A DNA stretch of 40,464 bases from a virus. Its lineage: Duplodnaviria; Caudoviricetes. The position numbers and the translations under genes were made by a program. The notes under the pieces are model-generated. The model did no database searches. It was not told where the DNA came from and saw only the letters and a list, made by a program, of their open reading frames with translations. Positions within the stretch are counted from its first letter, which is position 1. Each line of letters opens with the position of its first letter. Shown here one piece after another: positions 1 through 10,094 of this stretch. Where the stretch lies: the IMG/VR virus record IMGVR_UViG_3300024265_000115, positions 1 through 40,464 of that record; one strand, 5' to 3'.

Positions 1-2
1 TA

Positions 3-3000
3 GAAGAGCCTACGCCTGCGCCGTCTTTCACGCTACCCGACCAGGCTCTCGATGTTGAAACAATTGTGGACAACTCCGATAAGAACTGGGATATCTCACA
101 ATCTTTGGAGATGCACCCGAGCGTTACAGAGCGTTGGTTGAATATCTTGGGCACTCCCACAACGCTCGGTGTGCCCTTGCCGCCGCCTATCAAGCCGAAA
201 GACCCTGTCGATCAACCAGAAGGTGAACCTACCTTCTCGGGCCAACTCATCGGCGGCACGATTGAAATGGCGAAGCATCTGGCCGATTTGCCGCGCAGGA
301 CGCTTATGCTGATTGGCCAGATGGAACATAGACCTTTCATGGGCACAGAAGTCATTCCTGGTGCGACTCCAGAGGAAATCCGCACTGATCCTTTGTATCG
401 AGCGGCGGCTGTAGTATCTGAAAGAGCGTCTGTCGGCACGGATTTCCTCTTGAATACACATCCTGAATGGAAAGCCAACCCGCCCGATAGTTTCAAGGAC
501 CTCATCACGAGTCCGCGGAAAATCGTCCAAGGGGTCTTGCGGGCGGTCCCATTGCTTGCAGGCGCAGGGTTTGCAGTAGCGGCAGGCCAGCCGGGGGCTG
601 CATTAACCATGATGTTCGCAGCCGAGAGCAACGCCGCGAAAGAAGGATATCTTGCCAAGGGCGCAACAGAAGATAGTGCTGAATCTGCGTCGAACGTATA
701 CGGCTTTGTAGCGACTGGGATAGAATTTCTGAGCGTAGGACATGGATTGAAATTGCTCGGCAATCTTCGGACTGTCATTCTGAACCGCTCTGCCCAGAAA
801 TTAGCCATTGCCTCGGTAGGCAAGTCCATAACAAAGCAAATGGCGACGACGGCTGTTTTGCAATCAGTTGAAGAGGTAGGCCAAGGCCGATGGCAGGACA
901 TAGTTGGCTTGACAATGCTAGACCAGCCAATTGAAGGGGGTTGGCGGGGTATGTTGGACCGCAGTGCCCAGGAAGCGACTATTGCAACAGCATTGACCCT
1001 GGCAACCGGGGGATTAGGTATCACCGCCGGTAAGGTAGGCCAGATCACAGAAGCCCACACAAACAAGTTCAATAAGGCTTTACAGGCCAAACAAGAGGAT
1101 ATTCAGACCGCCCTTGTGAACGGCGACGCCCAACAGGCGGATAAACTCATCAACGAAGCCGTCCAGGAAGCCACTGGAATTGATCCCACAAAGCCTTTAC
1201 CAAAGGCTGAGATCGAGTTCACAGCCGAAGAAGAGGCTGCCCAAGCTGAACTAGAGGCTGGCATTGAGGCCCCTGGTGAGCCCGCCAAGCCATCCGAAGC
1301 TAAACCCCCGCCGTTGGCCGGTGAGAAGGAGATCGCGGCACAGGTCAAGGCAGAGCCCACGCCAGCGGTGCGTAAGATTCGTTCTGCTGCATTTCAGTTG
1401 CCAGATAGGTCGGTTATAGAAGGCACGAGCCATCCAACAATAGTATTGCAATCAAAAGATAAGGGGATAGAGATACCAGAAACTGCAATTGCTGGATTTG
1501 TAACGGCGGAAGGAAAGTTTGTTACCAGAGAAGAAGCTGCTGATATTGTTGGGCGCAAAACTCCATTAGAAGCACGAGAATTGGGGCCATTTGGGCGAGG
1601 CCCAGAACGGATCGTAGTCCAGCCGCCCATTGAGGAGCCTACGCCAGCGGTACGGAAAGAGGAAATACCAACCCCCGAGCAGGCCTTCGACCAGGTCAAG
1701 ACCCAAATCAGCCAGTCTATCGGAGCGGCAAGGGCCGGATTTGAGTCTTTCGACCCCGCAATGAAGCGAGCCCAGAAGCGGGCCGTCGAGGGGGATGAGA
1801 ACATATTCCTCGTCCAACGGGCCGGTGGTAAGTGGGTAGCCCAAGATAAAATCCCGGCAACCGGGCATTATACTATCGTCAGACCGGATGGTACTGCGGA
1901 GTTCATCAAGCAGGCTTCTCTAACAGCCGAGGAGTCCGAGGACTTCGCCGAAAAGCTCAAAGGCCCGAAGATCACCGACAAGGCCGAAGCCATCAAGACG
2001 AAGTTCATCGAGCGGCTGGATAACGCCGAAGCGTTAAAGAAGGAACTCAAAGCGTTCATCAATAGTTCCCTACCGGCTTCGCCGGAAAAGATACAAGCCC
2101 TGGGGATCCTGGACAAGATCAGCGCCAAGAAATGGGACAAGATCAACGTCAAGAATTTCGGTGAGGCCCTGGCTTTTGTGGACTTCGCGGCTGAGAGTCT
2201 GCGTAAGCAACAAGCCGTTACAGATTACAAAAAGACACTCAAAGACCTCAAGAAGAAGTTCGGCACCAAGAAGACATTGCTCGGCGAGATGAGACCGGAG
2301 TTCGCCGAGAAGGTATCCGGTTTGATCGACGGGATTGACGTCGCAAAGCTCGGGAGCCGGAAAGAATCTGATCTCAAGGGTCTCCAGCATAAGATTCAAG
2401 GACTGGCGACTGCACTATCACAGGAAAATCTGATTCAAGTTGACCCGGACTTGCCCGATGCTTCTGTCCGGGAACTCCTGAAGATACCTGATGCCCGGTT
2501 GGCGCAGCTCGCCAGATTGGGCAAGACCCCGCTGACTGATATGACCGCTGGCGAAATAGAGTCAATCAATGACGAACTGGCGAGGCTCGTCGGCCAGAAC
2601 AACCTCAAGAACAAACTCATCACCGCAAGGGGCGTCGAAGAACTCAGTACTGCTCTGGAAGATACTCAGGAAGAGATGATCCCGAGCAAAGCTGTTCGTA
2701 AGGGCAAGGAACCAATCCAGGCCGGGCCGGTGGGTCGGCTCGTCAAACTCGCTGGGTCATCGGTGGCTACGTCAATACAATCAACTACCGGGAGTCTCCA
2801 GAACACAACCAGCAAATTCCTGATGTGGGATATCATGGACGGTCTCGGTAAGCGGTACGACATGCAGCGCCGGACCAAAGAATTCACACAGAACCGAATG
2901 AACGAGAAGGGAATCAGCTTTGAAGATGTGAAGACTTGGCGCAAGACAACCCACACATTTGAAAAGGTCACTAACCGGCACACCGGCAAGCCGATCACTC

Positions 3001-4799
3001 TGAACGAAGACCAGATACTTTCAATCTTGATGGATGTCCGTAATCCCGATAACCGGGCAGCGGCGCAGCGGGGATACAACTGGACTGAAAAGACTTTGGC
3101 GGGCGTAAAGAAGCAGTTCGATACCGGGTCGCTGACTTTACAGCAACTCGGGGATATCTTGAAGCCCATGACGGCGAAGCATCGGGCAATGGCTGACATC
3201 GCAAATGAAGTCCTCGACACCAAGACCAAGCCCGAACTCAGTGATACTTCAATGAAACTCTTCAATCACGATATGTTCCGGGTGGATAATTATTGGGCGA
3301 TGAACCGCGTACTGCCTTTGAGTCTTGGCGGAGCCCGAGCCGATATCCAGGCGTTGTCGAATATGGGCATGAGTAAAGAGCGCATCGGTGGTTCGCAGCC
3401 TTTGAAGCTGATTCCGTTCTTCAACAAACTCCACAACTCAATCGAAGAATCTTCGGCATACGCACACATGATGGTTCCGTTATTCAACGCCAAGTCAATC
3501 ATGGCGAGTAAGGATTGGCAGGATTCTATGGTTGCCGCCGGACGTCAAGACGAGATGAAGCAGATCATTGCCAAGTTCGAGGTCCTTGAGAAGTCGGCAC
3601 ACTCTCAAGACGCTCTGGCACAGTGGAGCGGGGCATTGACAAGGGGATATGGTCGGTCGGTTTTGGCTTTGAACGTCGGTAGTATCGCGGCACAAGTAAC
3701 TTCAGGACCGTTACTGATAGCAGTCGATCCCGTCCAGTACGTCAAGCACCCATTGCTGCCGAGTTCCAAGACTCTTCAGGATGAAATCAATGCTCACAAC
3801 GGTGTATTGTGGAAGAGACGCAACTCGGGTCAGAGCACAAAGGACATCGGCGATATCCGGGCGACTCATGCCGTTAATGAATTCTTCTTCGATAAGAGCG
3901 GTATTCTGAACACTCCTATGAAGCTCCAGGCCGCTACCGACAACATGGTCATTCAAAAGGTATGGCGGATGGCCAAAGGTCATGTCGCCAGCAAGACGCA
4001 ACTCACGCCATCATCAGGCCAACGGTATTGGGATGCCGTTAATCGCCGAACATACGAACTCATGCTCACTCAACCGAACTGGGAGCCGTTCCTGCGGAGC
4101 CAGTTGTTGACATCGCCGGACGTATTGACTCGGGGACTCATGGCATTCCGATCACCTGTGGAGGCTTTACACAACACACTCTTGCGAGCCGATGCCGACG
4201 TTGCTAATGAACTACCCGGCGCTCGCAAAAGACAATTGCTGGCCTACGGAGCGGCTGCGACTTCCCTGATAGCCTATAGGGCCGTTAAGACGGCCTACAT
4301 CGAAGGCAGGAAAGCATTGCCAAAACTAGCTGGTAAAGACGACGAGAAGGATAAGGGCGACGGTATCCTGTCAGACGCCGGTGAGAAGTTGTTGTATGAT
4401 TTCTTTAGCGTCAGCCCCATAGGCAGGACCGCCGGGGTAGTGATCGTGAATCGCATCGTCGCTGGTGTGAAGAAAGAACGTCCCGGCCGAGGGGTGATCG
4501 AACGCATCCCGATTGCTTCGGTCGCCGAGACAACAGAGAGACTTGCAAGTAATATCGGAAATATGATCGGGCGTAAAGCAGAAGGCGATCCCAAATGGGA
4601 TGAGAAGATGCCCGATACTATTGAGCTTGCAGTGAGACTTGCCGGACACCTTGCAGGGTTGCCGGTAAATGCCCCACTGTCGGTTGCAAAGCCGGTACTG
4701 GAACCGGAGAAGAATAAACTCCAAGACAAGCTCGAAGATATCAACGTCTTTGAAATCAATAAGAAGATCGAACAAGGACTGAAAGGTGTACGAAGATGA
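3..4799 (+). CDS. Large internal virion (DNA-ejection-type) protein, 5'-truncated
   Basis: Frame is open from position 3 (EEPTPAPSF...) through the listed 66 start; >1577 aa, Ala/Gly-rich hydrophobic helices near the N-terminus; lies immediately upstream of the tail fibre, as in podoviruses. Confidence 0.6.
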   Translation, partial: EEPTPAPSFTLPDQALDVETIVDNSDKNWDISQSLEMHPSVTERWLNILGTPTTLGVPLPPPIKPKDPVDQPEGEPTFSGQLIGGTIEMAKHLADLPRRTLMLIGQMEHRPFMGTEVIPGATPEEIRTDPLYRAAAVVSERASVGTDFLLNTHPEWKANPPDSFKDLITSPRKIVQGVLRAVPLLAGAGFAVAAGQPGAALTMMFAAESNAAKEGYLAKGATEDSAESASNVYGFVATGIEFLSVGHGLKLLGNLRTVILNRSAQKLAIASVGKSITKQMATTAVLQSVEEVGQGRWQDIVGLTMLDQPIEGGWRGMLDRSAQEATIATALTLATGGLGITAGKVGQITEAHTNKFNKALQAKQEDIQTALVNGDAQQADKLINEAVQEATGIDPTKPLPKAEIEFTAEEEAAQAELEAGIEAPGEPAKPSEAKPPPLAGEKEIAAQVKAEPTPAVRKIRSAAFQLPDRSVIEGTSHPTIVLQSKDKGIEIPETAIAGFVTAEGKFVTREEAADIVGRKTPLEARELGPFGRGPERIVVQPPIEEPTPAVRKEEIPTPEQAFDQVKTQISQSIGAARAGFESFDPAMKRAQKRAVEGDENIFLVQRAGGKWVAQDKIPATGHYTIVRPDGTAEFIKQASLTAEESEDFAEKLKGPKITDKAEAIKTKFIERLDNAEALKKELKAFINSSLPASPEKIQALGILDKISAKKWDKINVKNFGEALAFVDFAAESLRKQQAVTDYKKTLKDLKKKFGTKKTLLGEMRPEFAEKVSGLIDGIDVAKLGSRKESDLKGLQHKIQGLATALSQENLIQVDPDLPDASVRELLKIPDARLAQLARLGKTPLTDMTAGEIESINDELARLVGQNNLKNKLITARGVEELSTALEDTQEEMIPSKAVRKGKEPIQAGPVGRLVKLAGSSVATSIQSTTGSLQNTTSKFLMWDIMDGLGKRYDMQRRTKEFTQNRMNEKGISFEDVKTWRKTTHTFEKVTNRHTGKPITLNEDQILSILMDVRNPDNRAAAQRGYNWTEKTLAGVKKQFDTGSLTLQQLGDILKPMTAKHRAMADIANEVLDTKTKPELSDTSMKLFNHDMFRVDNYWAMNRVLPLSLGGARADIQALSNMGMSKERIGGSQPLKLIPFFNKLHNSIEESSAYAHMMVPLFNAKSIMASKDWQDSMVAAGRQDEMKQIIAKFEVLEKSAHSQDALAQWSGALTRGYGRSVLALNVGSIAAQVTSGPLLIAVDPVQYVKHPLLPSSKTLQDEINAHNGVLWKRRNSGQSTKDIGDIRATHAVNEFFFDKSGILNTPMKLQAATDNMVIQKVWRMAKGHVASKTQLTPSSGQRYWDAVNRRTYELMLTQPNWEPFLRSQLLTSPDVLTRGLMAFRSPVEALHNTLLRADADVANELPGARKRQLLAYGAAATSLIAYRAVKTAYIEGRKALPKLAGKDDEKDKGDGILSDAGEKLLYDFFSVSPIGRTAGVVIVNRIVAGVKKERPGRGVIERIPIASVAETTERLASNIGNMIGRKAEGDPKWDEKMPDTIELAVRLAGHLAGLPVNAPLSVAKPVLEPEKNKLQDKLEDINVFEINKKIEQGLKGVRR

Positions 4800-7700
4800 A
4801 ACGTGCAATAATTCTATCGCTGTTACTCTGTACTTCAATTTTCGCCACCGTTCCTCAAGGCGAGAGTACGAGAGAATACTTCGTCTGCGATAATGTGATA
4901 ACAAATTTCACCTTCACAATGCCGTCGAATTCGTCGGATGACATTTTCGTATATCGGCACACCATAGCGACCGGAGCCGAACTCCTACTGACTATCAGCA
5001 CACAGTACACGATAGCGCCAACATCGAGCGACTACCTCAACGGCGGCGTGGTCACTACGATTGCCACTTATGACAGCACGTTTCAAATAGTGATTGTGCG
5101 CAAGATCAAACAAAGTCAGGAGCGAACGTCGGCTGTCATTAGTGTCAATACGGTTGTCCTGGGATTGGATAAGGTAACTCGCCAAGTTCAGGACTTATGG
5201 GACAGGTGGGAGCGAACAGTCCGTTTGCCGGAAAGTTTCAGCGACTCGTTCGATATGGAATTACCTTTTATCGAAGAGGGATATTTACGAATAAATTCCT
5301 CGGATGAGATCGAGATAGACACAGGCGTATTGGGTCTAGCCTGGAGCGATCCCGTGGATTCGGATATCATACCTAATCTCGACAACGTCTATGACATCGG
5401 CAGTGCGGCGCTCTCATTCAAAGATATTTATTGGGATGGTATCGGATATGGCGATGTGACCGGGGATTTGACGGGTAATGCTGATACGGCAACGACAGCT
5501 TCGGGTGTCGTTCCTGACTCTGTGGCTTTAACAACTGACACTACCGGGAATTACGTGGCTTCAATAACCGATGGACTGGCGATTGATGGCGGTGACGGAG
5601 GCTCTGAGGGCGCTGCAATTACGCTGGCCTTCGATCCGACGGAGCTACTTGGAAGCAGAACGTGGGGCGACGGCTCTACTGACACGATTGTATGGACGTG
5701 GGACCGAGCTACGGGTACGGACCCAACACTGACATTCGGCAATGCACTGATAACGGCTGGCCAGGGTTTTACGGTGACTGGCGGACTTACAGCCTCGACC
5801 TACATGGACATAACCCCAACTGCAAGCCAGGCTCATTCAGAGGGCCGGATGTATTACGATTCCGACGTCGATACGTTTGTCATGTATAATGCAGAAGCGG
5901 ACATTGCCTTGAACGTGGGTGAAGAGAATTGGGTATTTGTGCGCAACGGTACGGGTAGTACGATCACAGACGGCCAAGTGGTTTACTTCTCAGGAGCAAC
6001 CGGAGGCAGGCCCAACATCATATTGGCCAAAGCTGATGCTGCTGCAACTTCACTGGTGGCTGGATTAGCAACTCACGATATAGAAAATAATAGCGATGGT
6101 TACGTGACCGTGTTTGGCGTAGTGCGCGGTGCTGTCACTACCACAGGACTGTCCGGGGGCGACCCTCTGTATCTATCGGCTGCGACTGCCGGGGCATTGA
6201 CTACGACACCACCGACGCCTCCTAATTTCATAGTTATGGTCGCAAAAGTTATGACCGTCAGTGGGAACGGTGATGTTTTCGTTTGTGCCGACCATATAGA
6301 TTACAGCGATGGTGTGGTTTTCAATTCATTCAACACAGTCGGCGACATAACAAGCGGCGACAACTTCATCGCCAGCCTCGGCGCAGAAGGAACGCCTAGT
6401 TACACCTTTACGGGCGATACGGATACGGGTATGTGGTCCCCTACCGGCGATACCCTCGCATGGAGCCTCGGCGGGTCTGAGGCTATGCGGTTGGATGGGA
6501 CTGGGTTGGGGATTGGGGTTAGTCCTGGGGTAAAATTGGATGTGTATGGTACTAGTGCCATAATGAGAGTACGGAGACAGAACAATAATTTTCCCCCAGG
6601 TGTGATATTCCACAGAGAGGCGGCGGGTTCTGGTGATATTTCTGTGGGCTATTCTCTTGGGAATTTGAAATATGTAGGAAATACGGCAGCGTCCTCTGCG
6701 CGAGAGTTTGCTTCTCTAGATTTTATCGCTACTAACGTCGGCGATGGGACGGAGGCAGGATATTTTTCTTTCTTAAATAAAGATATGGGGAATATACTGA
6801 CAGTCCTTACTTCTAGTTTTGTTGGTTTTGGAGGCGAAGCCACCCCCGAAACCCTAACCGAATGGACAAGTGCTGTCCCTTATCTCACCCTCCACAACAG
6901 CACTGAGGAGAACGCAGACGGCGGGCGAGAGAGTCGCCTAATCTTTAAGGGGGAGCAGGACGGCACAGAGGAGACTACACTTGCCATGATGGAAGTTGCC
7001 CATGACGGTGCGGCTGATGACGAGAAAGGTTATATTGAATTCTTTGTGAATGATGGTGCTGATGGAGATACACCGACATCTGCATTGAAGATTGATAGTA
7101 CCCTCTCGGCGGCATTTGCAGGTGGCGGCTCTTTCGCCGATGTAGTCTCTGGTGTTACACCCGTGGCAAGTGCTGACTTTGCGACTAAGGAGTATGTCGA
7201 TACGGCAATCGGCTTCCAGTTCGATTATTTCTTTGGGGATACGGCGTCGGATATCGGAGGAATTTACTATGCGATGACGGATCAGGACTTGGGTGGGGGA
7301 GAATCCACCTTATCCACTGCGGGACTTACGCAGGCGGATGACCAGCCCCTTGTGAATTTTGCCACATTGTCCGGAGAACCGGGCGTGCAGGCATTGTCAG
7401 CCGGCGTGTATGACGTACACTTTCATGCAGAGAGAACTGGGGGGAGCCGTGCCACGGTACTCTATGCCGCGTTATATAAATATGAGACTGACACGACCGA
7501 GACTCTGTTGGGCACAACCGAGGTATCTGGCTTGGTTACTTCTAAGGAAGAGTTCGATCTGCACATGAGCATTGCCTCCGAGATTACGATTGATGCAACG
7601 GACAGGCTCATCATCAAGTTCTTCGCTAATTGCGATACAGGTGCAAATACCACGATTGCTTTGTACCAGGAAGGTGATACTGTATCACACTTCACATTCT

Positions 7701-8317
7701 CCACAACGTCGAACATTTTGAATTCCCTTTACTTGCGGGTGGATGGGGCTACAACCTTGGCCGGTGCGTGGGACATGGGCTCCCAAATCCTGACAAACGT
7801 GAATATCGACTCCGGGGTCATTACCGGGATCACGGACCTTGCCATAGCCGACGGTGGGACGGGACAGAGTACGGCCCAGGCTGCGATTGACGCCTTGACA
7901 GCAGTGTCGGGGGCCACCAACGAATACGTTCTGACAAAGGACACAGGCACCGGCAACGCGAAATGGAAAGTAACGGGCTCCGCCAATATTGCTGGCGATC
8001 TACCAACTATTAACGATTCTGACGCTAATGCGATGCTCAAAGATCATGCGTATTTAACCCAAACATCGGGCTTCGTTACAGCTTGGAGCGATGCAAGTGC
8101 GAATACCCTATCCGGGTATGTTCATAATACTGATGATCCTGCTGGGGCGGGTGTCCTTGTGATAAAAAACAAAGTCGATAATCTTAGGCCGGGCATTTCA
8201 ATGTTCGTTGGTGATGGCCTGTATTTTGAAATAGCACTAACCACAGGAACCCCCATAATAATATGGACCCCGCTCGTCAATGGCGGCGCGGCACCGATAG
8301 ATCAAGAGGCACCATAG
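4796..8317 (+). CDS. Tail fibre protein with N-terminal signal-peptide-like extension
   Basis: Podophage fibre attachment domain pattern (F.FT...DI.V...Y.I...GG.VT...I.I.R...Q...LDK.T.Q.Q.L); Thr/Gly/Asp-rich body with PSYTFTGDTDTG and ADGGTG motifs; ATGA overlap with the upstream gene. Confidence 0.8.
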   Translation: MKRAIILSLLLCTSIFATVPQGESTREYFVCDNVITNFTFTMPSNSSDDIFVYRHTIATGAELLLTISTQYTIAPTSSDYLNGGVVTTIATYDSTFQIVIVRKIKQSQERTSAVISVNTVVLGLDKVTRQVQDLWDRWERTVRLPESFSDSFDMELPFIEEGYLRINSSDEIEIDTGVLGLAWSDPVDSDIIPNLDNVYDIGSAALSFKDIYWDGIGYGDVTGDLTGNADTATTASGVVPDSVALTTDTTGNYVASITDGLAIDGGDGGSEGAAITLAFDPTELLGSRTWGDGSTDTIVWTWDRATGTDPTLTFGNALITAGQGFTVTGGLTASTYMDITPTASQAHSEGRMYYDSDVDTFVMYNAEADIALNVGEENWVFVRNGTGSTITDGQVVYFSGATGGRPNIILAKADAAATSLVAGLATHDIENNSDGYVTVFGVVRGAVTTTGLSGGDPLYLSAATAGALTTTPPTPPNFIVMVAKVMTVSGNGDVFVCADHIDYSDGVVFNSFNTVGDITSGDNFIASLGAEGTPSYTFTGDTDTGMWSPTGDTLAWSLGGSEAMRLDGTGLGIGVSPGVKLDVYGTSAIMRVRRQNNNFPPGVIFHREAAGSGDISVGYSLGNLKYVGNTAASSAREFASLDFIATNVGDGTEAGYFSFLNKDMGNILTVLTSSFVGFGGEATPETLTEWTSAVPYLTLHNSTEENADGGRESRLIFKGEQDGTEETTLAMMEVAHDGAADDEKGYIEFFVNDGADGDTPTSALKIDSTLSAAFAGGGSFADVVSGVTPVASADFATKEYVDTAIGFQFDYFFGDTASDIGGIYYAMTDQDLGGGESTLSTAGLTQADDQPLVNFATLSGEPGVQALSAGVYDVHFHAERTGGSRATVLYAALYKYETDTTETLLGTTEVSGLVTSKEEFDLHMSIASEITIDATDRLIIKFFANCDTGANTTIALYQEGDTVSHFTFSTTSNILNSLYLRVDGATTLAGAWDMGSQILTNVNIDSGVITGITDLAIADGGTGQSTAQAAIDALTAVSGATNEYVLTKDTGTGNAKWKVTGSANIAGDLPTINDSDANAMLKDHAYLTQTSGFVTAWSDASANTLSGYVHNTDDPAGAGVLVIKNKVDNLRPGISMFVGDGLYFEIALTTGTPIIIWTPLVNGGAAPIDQEAP

Positions 8318-8332
8318 AAAGGAACGCAGCTT

Positions 8333-8671
8333 ATGAAATGGATGAAGGACAATGGATTGAAAGTTGTTATTTCGATTGCAGCATTGGCGCTCGCTGTCGG
8401 GTTGGCCGTACAAGGGGCAGGTAGATTGAAAGGTTCTGAGGCTGAGAAGATTTCACACAACCACGAGGAAATAGTAGGCGTTAAGGCTGCGATCAAAGAC
8501 GAGATAAAGCCCGCCCTGTCCAGGGCGATCAAGCACGTCGATCAGGAAGAAATCGACACACCGCGAATCAAGTCCGACATCGCCGGCATCAGGACAGACT
8601 TCAAGGACTTCACGACAGAGCAGCGAAGCGTTAACAAAGAAATATTGCTGAGACTACCGAAACCCGAGTAA
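8333..8671 (+). CDS. Membrane-anchored hypothetical protein
   Basis: N-terminal TM segment followed by coiled-coil-like region; AAAGGAA RBS. Confidence 0.7.
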   Translation: MKWMKDNGLKVVISIAALALAVGLAVQGAGRLKGSEAEKISHNHEEIVGVKAAIKDEIKPALSRAIKHVDQEEIDTPRIKSDIAGIRTDFKDFTTEQRSVNKEILLRLPKPE

Positions 8672-8683
8672 AGGAGAATTACA

Positions 8684-9091
8684 ATGAGAAGCAAAGCAAT
8701 CCTAATCACAGCACTGTGCCTCGTGGCCTGCCTAATTGGCACAGCCTACGCGGCGACAACCATCACGTTCAACATCAGTGCGGTTTATGCAATCGAGTTG
8801 TTGGAAGCGTTCGGAGCCCAGGATGACGCTCACGTTCAGATTAAGATCCGGGGTAGCCAGAACGCCGCGGACCCGAACGTACCGGACTACTCGGCGACTG
8901 TGAGTTTTAGGACGCCCATCAGAGACCCTAACGATAGCAACGTCGTCTACGCAAAGAAGCGGATCGCCCTGATCGTGGATGCTTTCAAATGCGCCCAGGA
9001 GAACAAGCTGAATGAAGATATAAGAGCAGAATATCACGCCAACAGGCCGCTATTTGACCCGAACGTGCCCAGCGGTATCGACGAAGAGTAG
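8684..9091 (+). CDS. Secreted hypothetical protein
   Basis: Signal peptide ending AYA; AAGGAG RBS; three DPN motifs. Confidence 0.7.
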   Translation: MRSKAILITALCLVACLIGTAYAATTITFNISAVYAIELLEAFGAQDDAHVQIKIRGSQNAADPNVPDYSATVSFRTPIRDPNDSNVVYAKKRIALIVDAFKCAQENKLNEDIRAEYHANRPLFDPNVPSGIDEE

Positions 9092-9095
9092 CCCC

Positions 9096-9257
9096 ATGAA
9101 CATTCGTGAACAAGTGCAACAGCTTGGTAAGGAACTATTGACGTTAGCCGGATTACAGGCCGATATCGAGGAGAGGGTAAGTGTCTGCAAAGAAAAACTG
9201 GAAAAAATGAAAAGGGAGCTTGACAACACATTAGCTATCTTGGATAATGAACACTAG
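9096..9257 (+). CDS. Small coiled-coil hypothetical protein
   Basis: ATG 4 nt after upstream stop (MNIREQVQQ...); heptad-like pattern. Confidence 0.5.
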   Translation: MNIREQVQQLGKELLTLAGLQADIEERVSVCKEKLEKMKRELDNTLAILDNEH

Positions 9258-9321
9258 CAATACGATTGATAATCTGCACAGAGAAGTTAATCGGGCGTTA
9301 TGAAATTGAAAAGGGAATACC

Positions 9322-9501
9322 ATGCCAAAAGAACAATGTAGTACATGCCGGTTCTGGCGAGGCCTTCCAAAGAGCATGGGGCCAGATGGTTATTGTCGAA
9401 GGCATGCGCCACTGCCAACCGCAGACATAGACCGTCGTAACACTCAGTGGCCATGCACTACTCAATCTAGCTGGTGTGGAGAATGGGAGGAAAAGAAATG
9501 A
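9322..9501 (+). CDS. Small Cys-rich phage protein, 59 aa (not in ORF track)
   Basis: MPKEQCSTCRFW...YCRRHAP...WPCT...WCGEWEEKK; AAGGGA RBS; ATGA overlap with next gene. Confidence 0.7.
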   Translation: MPKEQCSTCRFWRGLPKSMGPDGYCRRHAPLPTADIDRRNTQWPCTTQSSWCGEWEEKK

Positions 9502-9677
9502 CACCAGAATCAAAGATCATCCAACTCGTCGTCAGAACTGTTCTCTGTGCCCTTGTGGCGGGACTTCTCCTCGCAGGTATTGTATGTGTCCGTTCGTGCG
9601 CCAAGCGACTCCACACTCACCCGGAGCCCGGACCCACCAGTATAGAGCAGGTTGACCCCAACCAATCAAAGGAGTAA
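9498..9677 (+). CDS. Small membrane protein
   Basis: One TM helix; GGAGG RBS; C-terminal VDPN. Confidence 0.6.
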   Translation: MTPESKIIQLVVRTVLCALVAGLLLAGIVCVRSCAKRLHTHPEPGPTSIEQVDPNQSKE

Positions 9678-9680
9678 GCT

Positions 9681-9767
9681 ATGAGTGCAGTGGAAATAAT
9701 AGTTCATGGTATCTTTCTTGGATTGCTCATGTGTATTCTGTATGAAGTGCATGGGACTAGAAAGTAA
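9681..9767 (+). CDS. 28-aa membrane peptide (not in ORF track)
   Basis: AAGGAG RBS; MSAVEIIVHGIFLGLLMCILYEVHGTRK. Confidence 0.45.
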   Translation: MSAVEIIVHGIFLGLLMCILYEVHGTRK

Positions 9768-9769
9768 GA

Positions 9770-10060
9770 ATGAGACTCCGCGATAAACTATTCATCTGGC
9801 TCATAAAGGGCCAGGCCAAGAAGATATGGAAAGGATGGCAGAAAATGGCCGAAAGAGATCAGAAACCGTTTTACCTCTCAAAGACTGTGATTGCAGGCAT
9901 GGTAGCCATTGCAATCGGTATAGCCAGTGCGTTCGGTGTAGGTGGGCTTGAAGCAGAGACGGATATCACGACTGAGCTTATCCTGCAACTCACCACCGCT
10001 GTAGCTGGATTGGTGGCAGTGTACGGTCGACTGACGGCCACGAAGAAGCTGACGAAATAG
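9770..10060 (+). CDS. Putative holin
   Basis: KPFYLSKT motif followed by two TM helices and a basic C-terminus; possible second start at MAERDQ. Confidence 0.6.
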   Translation: MRLRDKLFIWLIKGQAKKIWKGWQKMAERDQKPFYLSKTVIAGMVAIAIGIASAFGVGGLEAETDITTELILQLTTAVAGLVAVYGRLTATKKLTK

Positions 10061-10094
10061 TTGCGATCATATTACCGACGTCGGTAATATGATC
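10061..10094 (+). promoter_or_regulatory. Promoter-like site overlapped by a perfect 30-bp palindrome (operator candidate)
   Basis: GATCATATTACCGACGTCGGTAATATGATC at 10065-10094 is its own reverse complement; TTGCGA at 10061 is -35-like. Confidence 0.6.

Noticed and set aside
212-4759. Many long minus-strand ORFs within the large virion gene
   Set aside because: Antisense shadows with no motifs or RBS; the same applies to shadows of the portal, terL and MCP genes
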